Source: a virus
Lineage: Duplodnaviria; Caudoviricetes
Reading direction: 5' to 3' (one strand)
Length of the DNA: 61,882 nt
IMG/VR virus record: IMGVR_UViG_3300033148_008145
Coordinates: 1 to 61,882 of that record
Part shown: positions 9,001 through 17,930 of the stretch, piece by piece
How the letters are laid out: each line of letters starts with the position of its first letter
Position numbering within the stretch: position 1 is the first letter of the stretch
Program-made: the position numbers and the translations under genes
Notes under the pieces: model-generated
What the model was told of the DNA's origin: nothing
The model's database searches: none
The model's input: the letters and a program-made list of their open reading frames with translations, nothing else

Positions 9001-12000
9001 AAGCGGCGCTGGGATTAGCCGCATATCCGGGGGCATAACGATAGATCGAGGTACAGAACCTTCGGCGAACATTTTATATAACGACGCTAACGATAGATTC
9101 GAGTTGAACTTTCCTTTGGCGACAGAGGGGAATGTGGTAGCAGCCGCAGCTAACTTAATTACCACAGGTCAGACTCTCACCACAAGCATAAACACCGTAT
9201 CCACCAACCTTGTCTCGACGGGCAAAGTTGTTGACGATATTAGCGGGAATTTAATCACGACGGGTCAAACACTGCAAACGCAGATTACCGCCAACGATGC
9301 TGATATTTCAACCAATGTGGGTAACATTGCTACCAATGTTAGTGATATATCATCCCTTACAACCAATCTTGTTGCAACGGGTCAAACACTACAAACACAG
9401 ATCACATCGAATGATGGTGACATATCCACACTTACAAGTAATCTGGTGACCACGGGTCAGACCCTTACAACCAACGTTAACACCGTCTCATCCAATTTGG
9501 TTTCTACCGGTGCGATTGTTGATGACGTTAGTGGGAACCTGATTACAACTGGGCAGACATTACAAACCCAGATTACGTCCAATGATACGGACATTACGAA
9601 TTTAAGTAGTAACCTAGTTACTACTGGTCAGACGCTCACTACAAACATAGATACTGTTGCCACTAATCTTGTGACGACTGGCCAGACTTTAACTTCGGAG
9701 ATAAATACCGTCTCGGGATTGATTCCTCCTACTGTTGTGGATGGGGCGGGAGTTACGGGGTATACCGCGAGATGGTATGATGGTAACACATTAACGACGG
9801 GTGTTTTATATGATAATGGAACTAATGTCGGTATCGGTACCTCAAGCCCGCAACGTCTTCTTCACGTAAATGGGGATGCCATAATTAGCGGTAAACTTTA
9901 CGATCAAACCAATTCGACGGGAGATAAAGGTTACGTCCTCACAAGCGACGACAACGGTCCGCTCTGGAAAGCTTCGGGAGACTTTGACGGGTTAAGTGTA
10001 AACTTGATTACGACCGGTCAAACGTTGACTACGAACCTGATCGCAACTGGCGTGTTCGTGGATACGAACACGGCCGGTGTCGCCACCAATGTAGCGAACC
10101 TAATCGCAACGGGTGCGTTTGTCGATACGAACACGGCCGGTGTCGCCACCAATGTAGCGAACCTAATCGCAACGAACGCATCGAACCTAATCGCAACGGG
10201 TGCGTTTGTCGATACGAACACGTTGGGAATCGCTACCAACGTAACGGCTATCGCCCTTAACGCATCGAACCTAGTCTTAACGGGTGCGTTTGTCGATACG
10301 AACACGGCTGGTGTCGCCACCAATGTAGCGAACATCGCCACTAACGCATCGAACCTAGTCTCAACGGGTGCGTATTTGACTTCCGAAATAGCTATCGTTT
10401 CCGGTATCGCCGAAGCTCATACGGATTTGACCGCGACCGGTCACATCATCGACTTGTTAAGCGGGGACTTGATTACGACCGGTCAAACGCTGACGACGGA
10501 CATCAATGCGGTTGCGTCGAACCTAGTCTTAACGGGTGCGTTTGTCGATACGAACACGGCTGGTGTCGCCACCAACGTAACGAACCTAATTACGACCGGT
10601 CAATATTTAACCGATGAGATAATTACTGTCTCCGGATTGATTCCCGCGACTGTTGTCGATGGAGCGGGGGTTACAGGGTATACTGCGAGATGGTTTGATG
10701 GTAACACATTAACGACAGGAGCTTTATACGACAACGGAACTAGGATTGGTATAGGGAATGATGCGCCCGACTATACTCTTGATGTTGCTGGCACCGTGGG
10801 CATCGACAACTACATCTACCATAATGGGGATAACGATACTTACCTAAAATTCGACACCGATGAAGTTAATTTAGTTGCTGGTAATTGGTCTGCTTTAAAG
10901 CTTGATAAAGCAACCGGAAAAATTCAGTTGAATAATACAAATGCCGATCTTGATTTGCAAGTGATGGCAGATGATGGTGAAGTAATTTTACACACAGATG
11001 CGGGTACGAACAAAGTAGGTATTGTTGCTGGTGGTGATGTTCAAATTCTTTCGGTAGACCCGGGTCCCGGCACTTCCAATCCTACAGATGGCAGATTACT
11101 TTTTGATAAAGTATTTGATAATAGCGGCGAAGCCACTGCTAACAAGATTGTTCTTTACGATGATGGTGGAGTGGGGGCTCAATGGAAGGGCGGTATTGGT
11201 GTTAGTTCAAGCGATATAGATTTCTTTTCGGGAGATAATTTCAGATTTTGGACAAATCATGGGTCAACTACTGAAGGTGACAACAGGCTTACAATTTTGG
11301 CTGACGGCAAAGTTGGCATCGGAACCACTACGCCAGCCACAACCCTTCATCTTTATACTACTTCTGGTAATAATTATCTAAAAATAGAAAACCAATCAAC
11401 AAGCCAAGCGGCTTTATGGTGGAAAACGGGTACAACAGACGCTAGTTGGATAGCTTACATTCCTTCGTCGTCTTCGGATTTAAGGTTATACGCTGGGGCA
11501 GATAAGGTTACTTTTAAAACTGACGGCAAAGTTGGTATCGGGACTATTACGCCAGCTGGATTACTTCACTTAAGAGTAAGTAGCGGTGCTTTAAATACAT
11601 ATTATGATGGAGATGGAGATAAGATTTTATGGTTCCGTACCGCGTCTGGGACTGCTCAATCAGAGTGGAAAGTAGACGCGGCCAAAACTTGGATAACAAC
11701 AAGAGGGACACTGCCGCTAAAATTTGGTACAAACGATACCCTTGCTCTAACTATTGATGGCTCGTCTCAAGCAGCCACATTCAGCGGTACGTTAACGGGT
11801 ACAAGTGCTACGTTCACGGGCGTAATTACCGCTGACGCTGGTTTAGTCCTCAATGATAATGATAAGATTAAGCTAGGGACTAGCGGTGATCTGGAGATTT
11901 ACCATGATGGAAACAATTCATTCATAAAAGATGCCGGAACAGGTGGGTTATATATTTATACAAATACTCTTGCTGTAACAAATGCTGCTGGTAATGAAAA

Positions 12001-15000
12001 CATGATATACGCCACCGAAAACGGCGCTGTAACTCTTTATCATGATAACGCTGTAAGACTAGCCACTACTTCAACTGGCGTAGCTGTTACTGGTGGCGTT
12101 GTAGCTACCTCCACAATTCAAGTGAGCCGTTCCAGTGCCTCACCGTTGTTTCAAGTAACTGACGCTGACGCTGGTGGTGGAGCTAAAAGTCGTTGGTTTG
12201 GGTTAGTGGATGGGACAAGTCGGTTCGCCATTTATGGCACTAATGGTACAACTGAAGAATTTAAGTTGGATGATGGAGGCGCAGCCACATTCAGCGATAC
12301 GCTCAACATAGCCAGCGGCAATCTCCAAATAGGGGGGACCAATATAATCAACTCTGGTCTGGCTATGTACAACTTGGAATCATTCAAGTTGGCCGATACC
12401 AAGAAAGCGTATTTTGGGTCGAGTAATGATTTAGAAATTTATCATGATGGTTCTCACTCTTATATTTCAGATCAAGGTGCAGGGTATTTAAGAATAAAAG
12501 CATCCAGTTATTTGCAGTTGATGGCTAGTGATGGCGAAGTATATATAAACTGCGAGGCTAATGGGGCAGTATATTTATCATACGACAACTCTACTAAACT
12601 AGCTACAACTTCAACAGGCGTAACTGTTACTGGAGCTTTAAAGACTACAACAATTTTAGATACTAATAACAGCGCCGGAACTAATGGACAAGTTTTAACC
12701 ACTACCGGCTCCGCTCTGGATTGGAAGACTTTGGCTGAGATTTCTGGTGTCGATGGAACTGGTACTGCAAACTACCTTTCGAAGTGGACAGATACAGATA
12801 CGATAGGCAACTCGAGCATTTTTGATAATGGAACAAATGTCGGCATCGGGACGGCTTCACCTAACTACAAACTGGAACTTTCATTTGCGGCTGGAAATCA
12901 TACTACTGGCATGGCGATTACGAATACCCAAGCTGGTGGCTATGGTAATGCACTTAATTTCGTATCCAAAAGAAGTGACGATAGCTCGCTCAATATTGCG
13001 GCACGAATCCGAACTGAAGGTGCTTCTTCTTGGAATACTGACGCTTCAACAAGCACCAATTTGAAATTTGAGACTGTATCCGCAGATACTGTGGCTACAA
13101 GAATGACCCTTCTTCATAACGGCAATATTGGCATGGGAACTCCTTCGCCTTCTGAAAGGTTGGATATAGAGTGGACTGATGGAGCCAACTATTCATCAAG
13201 TAGCGTTACTGAAGGAGTAAACATAAAACTCTCCAATGTTCAGAGTAATACGAATGGAGTCGCAGGGTTAATTTTTGGTGCAAGGTCAACTACCACTAGT
13301 TATGCTAAAGTTGGAGCAGAGGTAACTGGTAATGGAAATATAGATTTATTCTTTCAGACGGAAGGTAGTGGTACTATTGGTGAAAGAATGCGTATTAAAG
13401 CTGACGGCAATGTTGGCATCGGGACTACTGCGCCATCCGTCAAGCTTCATGTTGCTGGAGCGGTGACGGTTGATGGTGGCGGTGCTGCGCAAGCAGCGAA
13501 TACTAACGCTGATGATCTAGTGATTAGAGGCGACGACAACCGGGGTATCTCGATAATAACAGGAACAAACAAAGACGGGCGAATAGTTTTTAGCGACACA
13601 GCAGATACGGTAGTAGGTGGTTTACGGTACGATCATGGTGTCCCCCATATGCAGTTGCTAACTGAAGGTTCAGTTGCCCTTACGCTTAATGGTTCTCAAA
13701 ACGCCACATTCAGCGGCGCGGTGGTGGCTACAGGAGCGCTGACGGCTAACGGACTGTTTTACGTAAACAATTTAGCACAGATAGCGCAGTCAAAGAGTAG
13801 CACAACTGATCCAACTAGCAACATAATGCTTCAGTTGAAGAACACCAATACCACAAACAATGTTTATAACACCCTGATGTTCAAGGATGCGCAGGGTAAT
13901 GATGGTGCGTGTCTTTCAGCAAGGCATACAGACCATACTGGCAACAAGGCGGGTATAGGGTTATGGACTAGGGACGGAAGCAACTTGATTGAAAGGATGA
14001 CCATTGCTCCGGGTGGAGCAGCCACGTTTAGTGGAACATTAGGAGTTACAGGTGCTATTACTGCATCTTCTATGACAAATACTCTAGGGAGTGCAGTAGC
14101 GTCTACCAATCTTCAAACTATATTAAATGGGGTAGCCAGTAAGGCCAATAGGATTAAATTTCAAGAGGGTGGTGTTGACAAATGGCTTCTTGGTCAAGGT
14201 GCAGCATCAGAAACAAGTGCGTTTGAACTATACAACGCAGTTGGCGTTATAGCTATTAGTGTCAATAGGACTTCAAGCCTTACAACATTAGGGGCGGGAC
14301 TAGCAGTTACAGGAACGGGTACGTTCAGCGGTGCGCTGACGGGCACTAGTGCTACGTTCAAATTAGATGCAGGGCTTACCCTTGAACGCACATCAGTTGA
14401 TTCAAGACTGCGGATGTTCAATACGGGCGGTGAATGGATTATTGCTTCGACCTACGGGTCTACTGGAGCGTATGACCCAATTAAATTTCAAACAAGTGAT
14501 GTCACTAGACTTACGATTGCTGCTAATGGAGCATCCACATTCAGCAGCACGGTTCGGGCCGAGGACAGGTTTGATCTTTATGACGGGACAAAGGTTTGGC
14601 AAATTAAAAATGTTAGCGGAACTTTTAGTTTGCGAAACGGAAATACGGGAGCGATTCCTATATCTATTACTAGCGCAGGAGTATCCACATTCAGCGGTGA
14701 TATTAAAATAATAAAAAGTGATGCGCAACTTTTCCTTGATGGAGGAAATGTTGAGGGATATTTCTATATGGCAAGTAGCGCAGCTTACCTAAGAACAACA
14801 ACCGCTCACCCATTATATATTGGAACAAACAATTCTATTGACCTTACGATTATCTCTGACGGCAATGTTGGCATCGGGACAACTGCGCCAAGTGCGGATC
14901 TTGAAGTGTCAACAGCATCTGGAGGAGAATTCTTAGTAACAAAATCTGGTAGCTCTGGTGTCACTTTACAGCAAGTCAATGGCGGTGATGCGACCTCTGG

Positions 15001-17896
15001 TTCTTTAGCTATAAAAGCTGGTACGGCGATGGCATTTTATACCAACGGTACTGGTCAAGCTGTATACATTGATAATTCACAAAACATCGGGATTGGGGTG
15101 ACTCCAGAAACTTGGCACTCAAGCTATACGGCATTACAATTTGCAGGCAATGGAGCATTGAGTGGGTGGGGTAATCAGCAAGCTGGTGCCGCGATATTCT
15201 TATCCCAAAACTCTTACCTTGACCAGACAGCTTGGAAATACATCTCAACAGACGAAGCTAGTAGATACGAACAGGTTAATGGTGCGCATACATTCTCAGT
15301 AGCTCCAAGCGGCACAGCAGATGCAGCAATAACTTGGACAACCGCTCTCACTATTAATACAAGTGGCAATGTCGGTATCGGGATTGCTGCGCCAACTCAG
15401 CACCTTCATGTAGCAGGTAACATGCGCTTAACGGGAGGATTCTATGATAAAGATAATTCCCTCGGAAGTGCTGGACAAATTTTAACAACAAATGGAAGTG
15501 CAACTTATTGGAGCGCCGCGGGTTCAGGGACTGTCACCGGAAGTGGTACGGATAATTATGTACCAAGATGGAATGGTACTACTGCTTTAGAGAATTCGAC
15601 CATAACTGATGATGGAACCACGGTCACAGTTGGCGGTTTAATAACTAGTACAGGGAATAGCAACGGACGCGTAACCAACTGGAAAGCAAACGGTTCTGGA
15701 TGGGCCGTTAATGTATTTCAAACTAATGGTGGTGCTGATAAATGGGCGCACGGCATAAATAATAGTAATGAATATTATATTTATAACTACGCCACTAGTA
15801 CGACGGACTTTATTATCAAAGCTGACGGCAAAGTCGGCATCGGGACTACTGCTCCAAGTATGACGGATGGGGGCTTGCAAGTTCATTCTACGGCAAGCAC
15901 GGGTCGCATTAAGTTAACTTCAGCAACAACTGGAGCGGGTTCGACTGATGGATTTGCCTTGGTAACTGATGCAAGCGGAAATATTTACTACTACAACCGG
16001 GAGCAAACCTATCAAGGTTTTTACAACCACAACGGTACTACAGTTGCGGAAGTATGCCGAATGACATCAGACGGCAAAGTCGGCATCGGTAGTACTTCGC
16101 CGGAGATGCCGCTGGTTGTTAAAACAACGGCTGCGATTCAGACGATGAAATTGAAGGGCGGTCATACCGGGTATGGCTCTTCACTTCAGTTTGACGCTAC
16201 GGATGCTGGCGGTTTGAATTTTGAGTTGGTTAGCGGCGGGTCTGGGACAGGTGGAGGGATGAATAGTAAGTTCTCCATTCGGGATGTTGCTAATAATGCG
16301 TCTCGCCTGACCATAGATAGCGTAGGCAACGTCGGCCTCGGGATAACTACTCCGTCCGAGCACCTTCATATTGCCGAATCAACTTCTGCTTCAGCTAGTA
16401 TACGTATCACCAACTCAACTACGGGCACAGGTAGCTCAAGCGGTTTAAGGGTCTCGCTAGAGGCGGACGAGAATACTACAATCATGAACCATAGCAACAC
16501 CAATTTGAATTTGGGTGTTAATGGTCTGAATGTAATATCTATAAAAGATGCCAAAGTCGGCATCGGGACTACTGCGCCAAACTCAAAGCTAGAAATTGCA
16601 GGGTTTGATTCAACTACCACTTTGGGAGACAGCATTGATCTGTTGATAGAAGGAGGAGGGAACACAAATAAACTTGTTCAATTGGGAATGGGATGGACGG
16701 GTCATAGTTCAGGAGTGAAGCCACCCGTTGTGTTGGCAGCAAAAACCATACTCGCAAGTGGCCATACCTATGCTGATTTTATTATAGCAAACCGAGAATC
16801 TACGGTAGGAGGAACAGCTCCCGTAGAGCATATGCGGGTTACTTATGACGGCAAAGTCGGTATCGGTACTACTGCGCCGGGAGCCAAGTTAGATGTTAGA
16901 GGAGCAGATGGTTATTTGAAATTTGATACTAGTGGCTCAGACGGCACAATTAAATCAGATTATAATTTAAAACTGTACGCAGATGATACTGGCGACAACA
17001 GTAGTGGTTATCAAAATATTCAATTTTATACTGCTGGTGCTAATGAACGGATGCGGATTGCTTTTGACGGCAAGATACAAATAGGTAACAACGTTCCGAT
17101 GTGGTCGGGTTCATACGGAGGCGCGCTATTCTTAAAAGGTAATAACGCAACAAGCGATAGATACGCCCAACTTACTATAGTTGATTCTACTGGGTCTAGC
17201 GTAACTACTGGACTTGTAGTGAGCAATGCTGGAGATGTCGGAATAGGTACCGTATCTCCTAATAATGTTAGTAATAAGGCTACTCTAGAATTGAATGCCG
17301 TTTGGGGTGGGGTTATAGAAAGCAGCGTTTCAGGAACAGTTAAGTCGCGCTGGGATTGGTCTACTGGGGGTATTACTCAATTCGGCACTTACGTTAATGA
17401 GCCGTTACATTTAATAACAAACTCGTCAATGGCGGTGACTATACTGGGTGACGGCAATGTCGGTATCGGCTCTGCTTCTCCGGCCGCACCTCTTGATGTC
17501 CCAAGAGCATCAGACTATAAGGTAATAAAACTTGGTGATGATATTACATCTCACTATGTACTAACCGGCAACCAAGATCACACTTTAACTTTAACTTGCG
17601 CGTCTTATTTCCAAGCTGAAATAGTTATTACAGCTCATCAAACAAATGGAGGAACATATAATAATTTATACATAAGGGGAATTTGGTCTAATAATGATAC
17701 ATCACACCATTGGGACGAAATAGAAAACGTTGGAAGCCTTACGAACAGCACCTTTACTATTACAAACGGACAAAACGGAGCCACGACTAACTCGGGTGAG
17801 TGGAAAATAGTTCACGATTATGTTAGCGGTACATTTGTCAAATTTACCGTAAGGATAACGGACTTTTACGGCACCCATGCATATACAATATCATAA
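6008..17896 (+). CDS. giant modular fibre protein 1 (3962 aa)
   Basis: N-terminal ~1500 aa of NLITTGQTLQTQITSND coiled-coil-like repeats, then many G(N/K)VGIGT-delimited beta modules typical of phage fibres. Confidence 0.85.
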   Translation: MSSQTVVDVVISGTTATVVDARVDGITTIAGPAPIANVSGQVPDLGVTTSYLAGQGAILSLTNDIANLRANVIITGQTLTDEIGVLSGVLISTGNYLESNILTLSGNLIASGNNLDSLRDVLSGNLITTGQTLEAQITNNDTDIADLLTNLITTGQTLQTQITSNDGDISTITSNLVTTGETLTTDINNVSANIVSTGKLVDDISGNLIVTGQTLQTEITSNLSTLTTNLIITGKTLQSQVTSNDTDITNVNLRCDAIETSVATTGSTLTSEINIVSGLTTGNDEDIVALQTATGILRAATDSNAANLVLTGRFLDSEIAIVSGIAGGQDLVNLSGRVNVISGNLITTGQTLTTDINAVSSNLIFTGSIVDDISGNLIATGNTLTSEIAIVSGIATGGSAQDFSELSGNLITTGQTLTTDVNTLQTQITSNDGDITSLNLRADSIETNLISTGSFVDDISGNLITTGQTLQTQITSNDSDITDLTSNLITTGQTLTTSINNVSSNLITTGQTLTSEIAIVSGLTTGSASDPALSGKVDTLSGNLITTGQTLQVQITSNDSDISTLTSNLVTTGQTLTDEKFDKSGGTISGNILPDVTETLDLGSSAKKWDNLWAKDAHIDSGTLFLGEAGANIKVVDNRIQLEGDSAAKGPQFQGDVIITDGTLTVSGNLAVTANQTGVLATSANLITTGGNLEAQIASNDTDISNLTSNLITTGQTLQTQITSNDGDITTLTSNLITTGQTLTSEIAIVSGIATGGSAEDFAALSGDLITTGQTLQTQITSNDSDISTLTSNLITTGQTLQTQITSNDGDITNLTTNLITTGQTLTSELGTVSGLITDNDAEIAALLAATGELKTDTNTNASNLVTTGQTLTTNINTVSTNLVSTESVVDDISGNLITTGQTLQTQITSNDGDITSLTSNLITTGQTLQTQITSNDADIATLDSTTVKITTDQSVAGNKIFTDKVIINNLTVTGTEVIVDVENLAVRDNIIHINSGESGAGISRISGGITIDRGTEPSANILYNDANDRFELNFPLATEGNVVAAAANLITTGQTLTTSINTVSTNLVSTGKVVDDISGNLITTGQTLQTQITANDADISTNVGNIATNVSDISSLTTNLVATGQTLQTQITSNDGDISTLTSNLVTTGQTLTTNVNTVSSNLVSTGAIVDDVSGNLITTGQTLQTQITSNDTDITNLSSNLVTTGQTLTTNIDTVATNLVTTGQTLTSEINTVSGLIPPTVVDGAGVTGYTARWYDGNTLTTGVLYDNGTNVGIGTSSPQRLLHVNGDAIISGKLYDQTNSTGDKGYVLTSDDNGPLWKASGDFDGLSVNLITTGQTLTTNLIATGVFVDTNTAGVATNVANLIATGAFVDTNTAGVATNVANLIATNASNLIATGAFVDTNTLGIATNVTAIALNASNLVLTGAFVDTNTAGVATNVANIATNASNLVSTGAYLTSEIAIVSGIAEAHTDLTATGHIIDLLSGDLITTGQTLTTDINAVASNLVLTGAFVDTNTAGVATNVTNLITTGQYLTDEIITVSGLIPATVVDGAGVTGYTARWFDGNTLTTGALYDNGTRIGIGNDAPDYTLDVAGTVGIDNYIYHNGDNDTYLKFDTDEVNLVAGNWSALKLDKATGKIQLNNTNADLDLQVMADDGEVILHTDAGTNKVGIVAGGDVQILSVDPGPGTSNPTDGRLLFDKVFDNSGEATANKIVLYDDGGVGAQWKGGIGVSSSDIDFFSGDNFRFWTNHGSTTEGDNRLTILADGKVGIGTTTPATTLHLYTTSGNNYLKIENQSTSQAALWWKTGTTDASWIAYIPSSSSDLRLYAGADKVTFKTDGKVGIGTITPAGLLHLRVSSGALNTYYDGDGDKILWFRTASGTAQSEWKVDAAKTWITTRGTLPLKFGTNDTLALTIDGSSQAATFSGTLTGTSATFTGVITADAGLVLNDNDKIKLGTSGDLEIYHDGNNSFIKDAGTGGLYIYTNTLAVTNAAGNENMIYATENGAVTLYHDNAVRLATTSTGVAVTGGVVATSTIQVSRSSASPLFQVTDADAGGGAKSRWFGLVDGTSRFAIYGTNGTTEEFKLDDGGAATFSDTLNIASGNLQIGGTNIINSGLAMYNLESFKLADTKKAYFGSSNDLEIYHDGSHSYISDQGAGYLRIKASSYLQLMASDGEVYINCEANGAVYLSYDNSTKLATTSTGVTVTGALKTTTILDTNNSAGTNGQVLTTTGSALDWKTLAEISGVDGTGTANYLSKWTDTDTIGNSSIFDNGTNVGIGTASPNYKLELSFAAGNHTTGMAITNTQAGGYGNALNFVSKRSDDSSLNIAARIRTEGASSWNTDASTSTNLKFETVSADTVATRMTLLHNGNIGMGTPSPSERLDIEWTDGANYSSSSVTEGVNIKLSNVQSNTNGVAGLIFGARSTTTSYAKVGAEVTGNGNIDLFFQTEGSGTIGERMRIKADGNVGIGTTAPSVKLHVAGAVTVDGGGAAQAANTNADDLVIRGDDNRGISIITGTNKDGRIVFSDTADTVVGGLRYDHGVPHMQLLTEGSVALTLNGSQNATFSGAVVATGALTANGLFYVNNLAQIAQSKSSTTDPTSNIMLQLKNTNTTNNVYNTLMFKDAQGNDGACLSARHTDHTGNKAGIGLWTRDGSNLIERMTIAPGGAATFSGTLGVTGAITASSMTNTLGSAVASTNLQTILNGVASKANRIKFQEGGVDKWLLGQGAASETSAFELYNAVGVIAISVNRTSSLTTLGAGLAVTGTGTFSGALTGTSATFKLDAGLTLERTSVDSRLRMFNTGGEWIIASTYGSTGAYDPIKFQTSDVTRLTIAANGASTFSSTVRAEDRFDLYDGTKVWQIKNVSGTFSLRNGNTGAIPISITSAGVSTFSGDIKIIKSDAQLFLDGGNVEGYFYMASSAAYLRTTTAHPLYIGTNNSIDLTIISDGNVGIGTTAPSADLEVSTASGGEFLVTKSGSSGVTLQQVNGGDATSGSLAIKAGTAMAFYTNGTGQAVYIDNSQNIGIGVTPETWHSSYTALQFAGNGALSGWGNQQAGAAIFLSQNSYLDQTAWKYISTDEASRYEQVNGAHTFSVAPSGTADAAITWTTALTINTSGNVGIGIAAPTQHLHVAGNMRLTGGFYDKDNSLGSAGQILTTNGSATYWSAAGSGTVTGSGTDNYVPRWNGTTALENSTITDDGTTVTVGGLITSTGNSNGRVTNWKANGSGWAVNVFQTNGGADKWAHGINNSNEYYIYNYATSTTDFIIKADGKVGIGTTAPSMTDGGLQVHSTASTGRIKLTSATTGAGSTDGFALVTDASGNIYYYNREQTYQGFYNHNGTTVAEVCRMTSDGKVGIGSTSPEMPLVVKTTAAIQTMKLKGGHTGYGSSLQFDATDAGGLNFELVSGGSGTGGGMNSKFSIRDVANNASRLTIDSVGNVGLGITTPSEHLHIAESTSASASIRITNSTTGTGSSSGLRVSLEADENTTIMNHSNTNLNLGVNGLNVISIKDAKVGIGTTAPNSKLEIAGFDSTTTLGDSIDLLIEGGGNTNKLVQLGMGWTGHSSGVKPPVVLAAKTILASGHTYADFIIANRESTVGGTAPVEHMRVTYDGKVGIGTTAPGAKLDVRGADGYLKFDTSGSDGTIKSDYNLKLYADDTGDNSSGYQNIQFYTAGANERMRIAFDGKIQIGNNVPMWSGSYGGALFLKGNNATSDRYAQLTIVDSTGSSVTTGLVVSNAGDVGIGTVSPNNVSNKATLELNAVWGGVIESSVSGTVKSRWDWSTGGITQFGTYVNEPLHLITNSSMAVTILGDGNVGIGSASPAAPLDVPRASDYKVIKLGDDITSHYVLTGNQDHTLTLTCASYFQAEIVITAHQTNGGTYNNLYIRGIWSNNDTSHHWDEIENVGSLTNSTFTITNGQNGATTNSGEWKIVHDYVSGTFVKFTVRITDFYGTHAYTIS
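6230..9705 (+). repeat. degenerate coding repeats (SNLITTGQTLQTQITSNDxDI)
   Basis: Dozens of protein-level copies with diverged synonymous codons. Confidence 0.85.
10032..10600 (+). repeat. 63-nt near-identical coding repeats (DTNTAGVATNVANLIATGAFV)
   Basis: GATACGAACACG copies at 10061, 10124, 10211, 10295 and 10547. Confidence 0.9.
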
Positions 17897-17930
17897 AAAA
17901 TGAAAATATACAATATCATAAAAAATGAAA
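17881..17930 (+). repeat. perfect 25-bp tandem duplication at the fibre gene junction
   Basis: ATATACAATATCATAAAAAATGAAA at 17881-17905 and 17906-17930. Confidence 0.95.
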
